From contig CBFFSA010000041.1 of assembly GCA_965644495.1 (NCBI GenBank), positions 12,836-76,835 on the forward strand: 64,000 bases of DNA. Direction: 5' to 3'. The translations under genes were made by a program, and so were the position numbers. Positions 55,716 through 64,000 of this stretch are shown here, one piece after another. The stretch comes from Perkinsela sp. CCAP 1560/9 (lineage: Eukaryota > Protista > Euglenozoa: Kinetoplastea). The notes beneath the pieces are model-generated. The model saw nothing but the letters and a program-made list of their open reading frames with translations, did no database searches and was not told the origin of the DNA. Numbering within the stretch: position 1 is the first letter of the stretch; every line of letters starts with the position of its first letter.

Positions 55716-58112
55716 TTACGCCCAGAGCACCTACAGGCAGCACTGCTCGTACACGGAAATGACTTTCTCCGATCCCTCACAAAGCTAACAAATCACCTCC
55801 TAGCTGGGAAGGCACCCTCTGAAGTACAGGCGCACTTCGCAGGGGCGCGCTTATGCGCCCTATCAAAGGGCGAAAATGATGTTCGTCCGATCGCTGCCGG
55901 TGAAACCCTTCGGCGATTAGCGAGCAAAGCCGTATGCAACGCAATCCGACCCAAAGCGAGCGAGCTCTTTGAAGGCAAACAGTACGGAGTGGCAGCGACA
56001 GCCGGGGCCGAAAGAGTCATTCACATGTGTCGCCTGGCCATGTCGTCCAATATGGAAAACCCGAACTTCGTCATGTGCAAAGTGGACCTACGTAACGCTT
56101 TCAATAACGTAAGCAGGGCTGCCTTCCTTCCACTAGTACAGGAATATTTCCCGGAACTCTTCCCTTGGATCAATTGGTGCTATTCCGACCCCAGCTCTCT
56201 TACCTACGGGGCCCGATTCATCTCCTCCGAGGAAGGAGTACAACAGGGCGATCCCCTAGGACCATTGCTCTTCTCGTTAGTGGCCCTGGAGCTCTCAGAA
56301 GCCATTAACCTTCAAACTGATATTCCCGCCCAACTCTGGTATCTCGACGATGGCGTCCTCGTTGGCCAGGCGCAGGAAGTTAGAGACGCCCTAGACACGA
56401 TCGCCCGAGTAGGACCTCAATGGGGCTTGTATCTCAATACGTCGAAATGCGAAATTATTACTTCCCCCAGCTCGGCCCACCAGGCTGATTACTTCCCAGA
56501 CATACCCGACGAGAAGATCAATTCGCAGGGGAACTTTGACATACTAGGGAGTCCTGTAGGATCCGCCGACCACTGCTCTGCTTATCTTCTTTCTCACGCC
56601 CTAGAACCAGCCGAGGATACCCTCGATGCCATCACCAACATTCAGGACCCCCAGGTCGCGCTTGCCCTAATTCGTCAATGTGCGGGGTTCTGTCAAATGG
56701 TGTATGCCATGAGAAGCACGCCCCCACAGTCCCTGATTCACCTTTGCTCCCGTTTAGACGACTTTCTCATGACCGCTATAGAGGCAATCATCTGTCCTCT
56801 GGACAGGTCAGCACAATCTCAAGCACAGCGACTGAAGCGTCATGGGGGATTAGGTCTGAGATCCGCAGCTCTCCACGCTTCCGCGGCTTACGTTGCATCC
56901 GTCGCCTTTGCCTCTGCCACAGATTCCTGGGATCCCACAGACGCTGAAGGTTTCTCGGAGGCCATCCTCGACATCAATCAGAAGGCCGGCACTGCTCTCC
57001 TCGATCCCCGAGGTCGTGTTCTCACGACTCCCAACGCCCCATGCGAGAAGGCCCTGAGCGCGCCGTACTCCTACCGGAAGAGAAGGCGCCCTCCGCCAGG
57101 GAATGATCCTCACCCCCCGGACGAGCCTCCGGGACATATTCTTCGTACGACTTCCCGCACGGCCAACACACCCACGGATGCCTACCCACTCTCGACTCCC
57201 CTCTACGGTTCTGAAGAATGCCAGGACATGTTACCCCCACAGTGGCCCAAAGGGAAGATCCCGCGCCAGCGGGTAATCAGTTATGCTATTGCAGCCCATG
57301 CCTTTTCCCAGGAATATGAGACAACTGACGCACGAACCCGTGCAAGGTGGATCTCCCAGTGTGGCACGGGAGCGAGCAGCTGGGCCTTTGTGACTCCTTC
57401 GAAAGACCTTGGGCACGCCTTTACCCCCACACAATTCCGAACTTTGGCCCGTTGGTGGTTAGGCGTGGACATCTACCATGAAGATAGCACGTGCCCCATG
57501 CCGAAATGCTCGCTCCCCCTTGACAGCAAAGGGGACCATGCACTGTCTTGCAAACATGGCCATGGTATTGTGACCAGGCACAACGCTGTTACGGACCAGT
57601 TCGCGGACGTGTGCAGTCGAGCCCGCCTCGCCCCTCAACGAGAAAAGAGTCTCGGGAACAGGGGCCCAGGCGGGGCCCTCACCAGACCTGGCGACATATA
57701 CTTGCCCAGCCTTTTTCTTGGAAATCCCATTGTGCTTGACTTCGCGGTCACCCATGCTCAGCAATTAAAATATACGGACAAAGTCCGAAACGCTAGCTGG
57801 GTTGCCGCGGGGTCATTTGCCGAACATTATTCCTCAATGGAGAAGGGCAAGCAGCGTCGAGAAGCCGTAGAGGCAGGATGCGACTTTACGGCCATGGTTG
57901 TCGAAAGTTATGGCGCCTGGAGCCCCAGCGCTTCAGCCGTGCTCCGCAAAGTCGGTGAGAGGTGTTCGCACGCCTCGGGGGGTCTACTTTCGGAAGGTGA
58001 GGCAACGAGCCGAATCTTCGCTGAACTAAACATAACCCTTATGCGCTTTCAAGCGCGCATGATGGTTGCTCGTTCACCTTCCGAAGACCCCATCGCAACT
58101 CTGGAGGAATAG
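55716..58112 (+). pseudogene. 5'-truncated CRE-F copy (RT-REL) in the tandem unit
   Basis: Matches 48452-50848. Confidence 0.9.
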
Positions 58113-59207
58113 CCTCCAGAGCGGCCCGAGGCCGATCGAGCCGACAGTGCCTATCCTCACGCCTCGCTTTCACGAGCAAGGTACCCCAATGTGAGACAGG
58201 TATGGATTCGGAACATTCATCCGAATCCGGCGATCAAAACCCAACTTCGTGACCGTGCCGCTGTCGGCACATGCCCGCGCCTGCGCCCTCCCGCATAACA
58301 AGGGAAGGGTTCCCAAGCCAGGCCGTGGAGAGGTAGAGAGACCCGGTCCGAAGCGCGCACTGCTGGAAGAAGGGGTGGAGCACTCGCGGATTGATTTCTG
58401 GGGGGAAGTGAGGGAAAGAGGAGGGCAAAGTTTGGAAGGCGCGGATGGATGCTCGGGGGGGGGGAAGTGAGGGAAAGAAGCGGGTGAAGTCGGAAAGTCG
58501 CGGATGGTTTCTTTGAGGGGTGGAGATAAGGGAGAGAAGCGGGCGAAGTTGATAAGGGCGAAGTAAAGTAAAAAAAAAAAAAAAAAAAAAAAGGTACCCG
58601 CATAACAAGGGAAGGGTTCCCAAGCCAGGCCGTGGAGAGGTCGAGAGACCCGGTCCGAAGCGCGCACTGCTGGAAGAAGGGGTGGAGCACGCGCGGATTG
58701 ATTTCTTGGGGGAAGTGAGGGAAAGAGGAGGGCAAAGTTTGGAAGGCGCGGATGGATGCTCGGGGGGGGGGAAGTGAGGGAAAGAAGCGGGTGAAGTCGG
58801 AAAGTCGCGGATGGTTTCTTTGAGGGGTGGAGATAAGGGAGAGAAGCGGGCGAAGTTGATAAGGGCGAAGTAAAGTAAGTAGGAAAGTAAGTAAGAAAGG
58901 GATACCGTACATTCATAGAATATATTTTAGAAGAAAGAATTTTTCAGTCTTGAACGCATAAAAAAAAAAAAAAAAAGACTTTTCACTGCATTTCTCTTCA
59001 GGGAGGCGGCTTCGTGGGGGGAAATTGTTTGCTAGTTTGGGGTGGGCTGATTGCTTGTGGAAGGAGGAAAAACTAAGAAATTTACATACATTCATATCCC
59101 CCCAATGGACCTACTTGGTTCGCATAATGGGTAATATAGAGGCAATGCCGCGTTTCATACATCTCCCCCCTTATTAATTGCAAAAAAAAAAAAAAAAAAA
59201 AAAAAAA

Positions 59208-62200
59208 GACAATATCTATCACTTTGGAACGAAACATGTAAGACTTTGAATCGTAAGAAACGTGCTGCGCAAGCAACAAGCCTAGAAGACGAGGGGAAGA
59301 AAGCGTGTCTTCGCGCGGAGCGACTGGCCCGCGACGGAGAACTTTCTCGCGCCATGACCGCACTGACTTCTTCGCCGCTAGCACCAGACGACGACAACAC
59401 GTACGCCAAACTTCAGGCCAAACACCCCCCACGAATCTCCGCATCCACAACATCCCCCAGCTTAACTCCGGAAACAGAACCACTCAAAGTCACCGAGGAA
59501 GAAGTCGCAGCTGCGCTCTCAACCTTCCACAGAGGATCATCAGGTGGCGCACTTTGCCTCCGCCCAGAACACGTGCAAGCGGCAATGCAATATCACAATG
59601 ACGGGCACACAAATCCACTGGGCACGCTCACAAATTTCACCAACCATATGCTCGCTGGGAAGTTACCACTCGACGTTCAAGACCACTTTGCCGGAGGAAG
59701 GCTATGTGCTTTGGAAAAGGGAGAACACGACGTGCGCCCAATAGCCGATGGAGAAACGCTCCGCCGTCTGGTGAGTAAAGTGGCCTGCCTATCAGTAAAA
59801 GCGCGAGCCCGCAAAATTTTCAAAGGCCATCAGTACGGGGTAGCCACGCCCGCCGGGGCCGAGCGAGTTATACATCTGTGTCGCCAGGCCTTTGCTGCTC
59901 GCACGGAAGATGACGACTTTGTTCTCTGTAAAATCGACCTACGTAATGCCTTCAACCAAGTTTCAAGGGACTGGTTCATAGCACTAACACGCGAGCATTT
60001 CCCCACGCTTACTCCTTACGTCGAATGGTGCTACACTTCGGAAAGTAAGCTTACCTTTGGAACACGCGTTATTAAATCTCGTGAGGGTGTCCAGCAAGGG
60101 GACCCCTTGGGCCCTCTTCTTTTCTCGTTAGTCATGAGGGAAGTCGCCTCAGAAATTCACGCAGCAGCCCCCAAATTAGACCTAAGCCTCTGGTACCTGG
60201 ATGATGGCGTTTTGGCTGGCACTTCCTGTGATGTGCGACACGCGTTCGACGTTATCGAAATGAAGGGTCCACAATGGGGCCTACACCTCAACGCTGCAAA
60301 ATGCGAGATTATTACCCACCCAGCATCTTCTCATCGTTCTTCTGTTTTTCCCGATCTCCCTGGCCCTAACAAAAACCTCGAAGGCAATTTTTACATTCTG
60401 GGAAGCCCCGTTGGATCGCCAGAGTTTTGTCGTGAATATCTCGTCAACAATGCAGTCGAAATGGCAGAAGATTCTCTGGACGCTATAACGCACCTCGAAG
60501 ACCCCCAGGTTGCCTTATCCCTCATTCGTCACTGCACTGGCTTCTGCCAGATGGTTTACTCCCTACGAACAACCCCAACATCTGAACTTCGGGATCTCTG
60601 TCGGCGCTTGGACGACGCCGTGCAACGCGCGGTAGAGAATTTTTTCCGTCCTCTGACCCCCGAGGCCCGCCGTCAAACACAACGAAACAAGCGATTTGGC
60701 GGGTTAGGACTCCGTTCCGCGGAAGAGCACTCTACTTCAGCCTATATCGCCTCTGTCGCATTTGCATCGGAGCTAGATCGCTGGGACCCCACGGAGGCAG
60801 AAGGTTTCGAAGAAGCCGTAAGCGATGTCAATAAAAGGGTGGGGAAAGACATCGTAGACATTCAATCAGGGAGAATACCGAAAGGTTTCGCCTTGTCATC
60901 CACTCCGCCTTTCAGTAAACGTGGCATTACAGAATCCAGTACCGAAACAGTAATCCCTCGGCAACGAGATCTAAGCGATGCAATCTCATCTCACGAGTTT
61001 CATCAAGCACTCTCCCTCGCTGACCCACGTACGAGGGCTCGATGGATTTCGGAAACGGGGCACGGAGCAGCAGAATGGGCTTTTGTATTGCCGTCGAAAA
61101 AGAACGGCCACGCTTATACCCCAACCGAGTTTCGGACTCTGGTACGTTGGTGGCGAATCGTTGGTTACAAGGGGGTTTTAAATGGAGATTTGTTCTCCCA
61201 GTTAGACGGAAAATTACGGTCCTTAAAACATGATTTCTACTCAATATATATGTGCAAAGTCAAGGGTCACTCAGGAAATAAATGGAACGAGGAGGCAGAT
61301 GGGTTAGCACTGATTGCAGCGCGAAAAGTTCCTCGACCGCCTGAGCAGAAAAAGAGAAAAACAAGTAATGATTCCAACGCATCACAAATCGACAAATCCT
61401 TGGAAAAGCTGATAAAACATAGAACCTTGGAAAAGGGAAAGACGAAAACCAATCCAGCACCCAAGCGCGGCGCCGAGGCTAAAGTCAAGCTGTGCGGGAA
61501 GATTGCGAAAACTGGTGGGAAGAGGGCGCCTTCATAGTAAGAGTTGGGCGGAAGACGTGCTTCCACCAGCAGGTTCGGAATACCCTGAGGAAGAGTTCAG
61601 GAAGATAAGGAAAAGTATTGTGTGAAAGTAAAATAGTAGGCACTACTAAACTCTGAACTGGAAGGCGAGGGAGTATAAGTTCGGGGGGAAAACATTTAAC
61701 ATTCTAACCGACATATGTCGGTCTTTTGGATTGGATTGGATTGGACGTTGGTGGCTAGGGGAGCAAATATATCCGGGTCCCCGATCTTGTCCCATGGAGA
61801 AGTGCACCCAACCGTTGGGTCCTGAGGGCGATCACGCATTGGCTTGCAAAAGTGGACATGGTATCACCTCGCGGCATAATGCCCTGGCCGCAGAATTTTC
61901 TTCTGAATGTTCTAAGGCTGGGTTCACTACCCAGAGGGAAATGAGCTTGGGAAACAAGGGGCCGGGGGGCGCCCTCACCAGGCCTGGTGATGTCTTCATC
62001 AAAAATTTCGGGCTTGGCGAGGGTCTTGTGCTTGACTTTGCCGTCACCCATGTACAGCAACAAAAATATACGGACTCAGTCCGTGACGCTAACGGGGTGA
62101 CGGCCGGGTCATTTGCGGAGCGCTATGCTACCGAGAACAAGAGAAGACAACGGGAAGAGGCTAACACGGCTGGGTACAAGTTCGCGGCAATGGTAGTAGA

Positions 62201-62423
62201 GTCCTATGGCGCCTGGAGTCCCAGCGCCATGGCGGTTCTTAGGGAAATTTCAACTAAAAAGATGGCGAACTCAGGGGATACCCTCCCTAAAAGCGATGCC
62301 TTGCATCACCTCCTTTCATCTCTCAACATTACCCTCATGAGGTCGCAAGCTCGCATGCTTGTATTACGATCCCCAGCGGCGGTCCCTGACACAGTGCTCT
62401 TAGGTTACGGAAAAGATGAGTAG
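59208..62423 (+). pseudogene. Duplicate of CRE-G with the LINE-D fragment
   Basis: Same proteins at 59246..61537 and 61731..62423. Confidence 0.9.
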
Positions 62424-62977
62424 GAGCTCAGTAGGAAAGTGAAGGAGTCGGTGTCAAGGGAGGAGGCCTCGTTTCTATTGGCTGGTTTTCTCGGGTGGTT
62501 TCTTTTTGGGGCTTTGGGTATTCGTTTTTTGGGGAAGGTTTTTTTTGGGGGTGGGAACGGGTTCTTATTTGCTGTTTTTTGGGCCGTTTGCTCGGTTGAA
62601 CATTCTTTTACTTTTCGTACAGTTGCTTGTTTCTATTCTGAGCCTAACTTTAAAAAAAAAAAATGTGAAATTGCTAATTTGATTGCTTGTTTACAAATCA
62701 TATACCCCCCCCAATGGACCTACTTGGTTCGTCTACTGAGTAAAAATATAGAGGCAATGCCGCGTTTTATACTTCTCCCCCCCTATTTATTGCAAAAAAA
62801 GAGGAAAAAAAAAAAAAGTAGTAAAAAAAAGTAGTAAAAAAGTGTAAAAAGAAGTAGTATATACTTAGGGGAGATTAAATTGCTAGTTTTGGGCTGAGAG
62901 AAAAAAACAAAAGGTACATCTGTGGAAACAAAAAGATTTGCTAAAAAAAAAAAAAGAGGAACTACTTAAAGAGGAAC

Positions 62978-64000
62978 TTACGCCCAGAGCACCTACAGGC
63001 AGCACTGCTCGTACACGGAAATGACTTTCTCCGATCCCTCACAAAGCTAACAAATCACCTCCTAGCTGGGAAGGCACCCTCTGAAGTACAGGCGCACTTC
63101 GCAGGGGCGCGCTTATGCGCCCTATCAAAGGGCGAAAATGATGTTCGTCCGATCGCTGCCGGTGAAACCCTTCGGCGATTAGCGAGCAAAGCCGTATGCA
63201 ACGCAATCCGACCCAAAGCGAGCGAGCTCTTTGAAGGCAAACAGTACGGAGTGGCAGCGACAGCCGGGGCCGAAAGAGTCATTCACATGTGTCGCCTGGC
63301 CATGTCGTCCAATATGGAAAACCCGAACTTCGTCATGTGCAAAGTGGACCTACGTAACGCTTTCAATAACGTAAGCAGGGCTGCCTTCCTTCCACTAGTA
63401 CAGGAATATTTCCCGGAACTCTTCCCTTGGATCAATTGGTGCTATTCCGACCCCAGCTCTCTTACCTACGGGGCCCGATTCATCTCCTCCGAGGAAGGAG
63501 TACAACAGGGCGATCCCCTAGGACCATTGCTCTTCTCGTTAGTGGCCCTGGAGCTCTCAGAAGCCATTAACCTTCAAACTGATATTCCCGCCCAACTCTG
63601 GTATCTCGACGATGGCGTCCTCGTTGGCCAGGCGCAGGAAGTTAGAGACGCCCTAGACACGATCGCCCGAGTAGGACCTCAATGGGGCTTGTATCTCAAT
63701 ACGTCGAAATGCGAAATTATTACTTCCCCCAGCTCGGCCCACCAGGCTGATTACTTCCCAGACATACCCGACGAGAAGATCAATTCGCAGGGGAACTTTG
63801 ACATACTAGGGAGTCCTGTAGGATCCGCCGACCACTGCTCTGCTTATCTTCTTTCTCACGCCCTAGAACCAGCCGAGGATACCCTCGATGCCATCACCAA
63901 CATTCAGGACCCCCAGGTCGCGCTTGCCCTAATTCGTCAATGTGCGGGGTTCTGTCAAATGGTGTATGCCATGAGAAGCACGCCCCCACAGTCCCTGATT
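62978..64000 (+). pseudogene. Third, partial CRE-F RT copy running off the window
   Basis: Matches 55716 onward. Confidence 0.9.

Larger units (their letters stand above)
48452..64000 (+). repeat. Tandem duplication with a ~7.26-kb unit (starts 48452, 55716, 62978)
   Basis: ORFs recur at 7,262-7,264 bp offsets (51984/59246, 54469/61731, 55793/63055). Confidence 0.95.

Noticed and set aside
1-64000. Species assignment
   Set aside because: The SL core indicates a euglenozoan (kinetoplastid-like) host, but I cannot match the exact SL to a species without a search.

Overview
Eukaryotic (euglenozoan, kinetoplastid-like) DNA made almost entirely of non-LTR retrotransposons; no host gene is recognisable. 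(1) The backbone is a same-strand, head-to-tail array of at least six related CRE-clade families (A, B, C, D, F, G: zinc fingers, RT with YLDD, CCHC plus RPGD-type restriction-like endonuclease) and a divergent E type. Each poly(A) tail abuts the 5' end of the next unit, with no visible target-site duplication and no telomeric repeats. Every 5'-complete unit starts with a spliced-leader (SL) exon fused without its intron, which suggests cDNAs of trans-spliced mRNAs, and encodes an N-terminal Ataxin-2/Pbp1 LsmAD-like domain. The 3' UTRs carry a covarying ~230-nt RNA structure. (2) Nested inside are RTE-like APE-RT-RNase H LINEs with a 3' stem-loop, a (TTGGA)n tail and 11-14 bp TSDs; two carry 5'-terminal 18-bp tandem arrays (6 and 59 copies). 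(3) There are two recent segmental duplications (a ~6.9-kb block at 16,639-bp offset and a ~7.26-kb tandem unit). The most novel candidates are the SL-capped, LsmAD-bearing CRE array (possibly telomere-like or poly(A)-targeted), its structured 3' UTR and the reiterated LINE 5' ends. Family letters are my own labels; all comparisons were made by eye.
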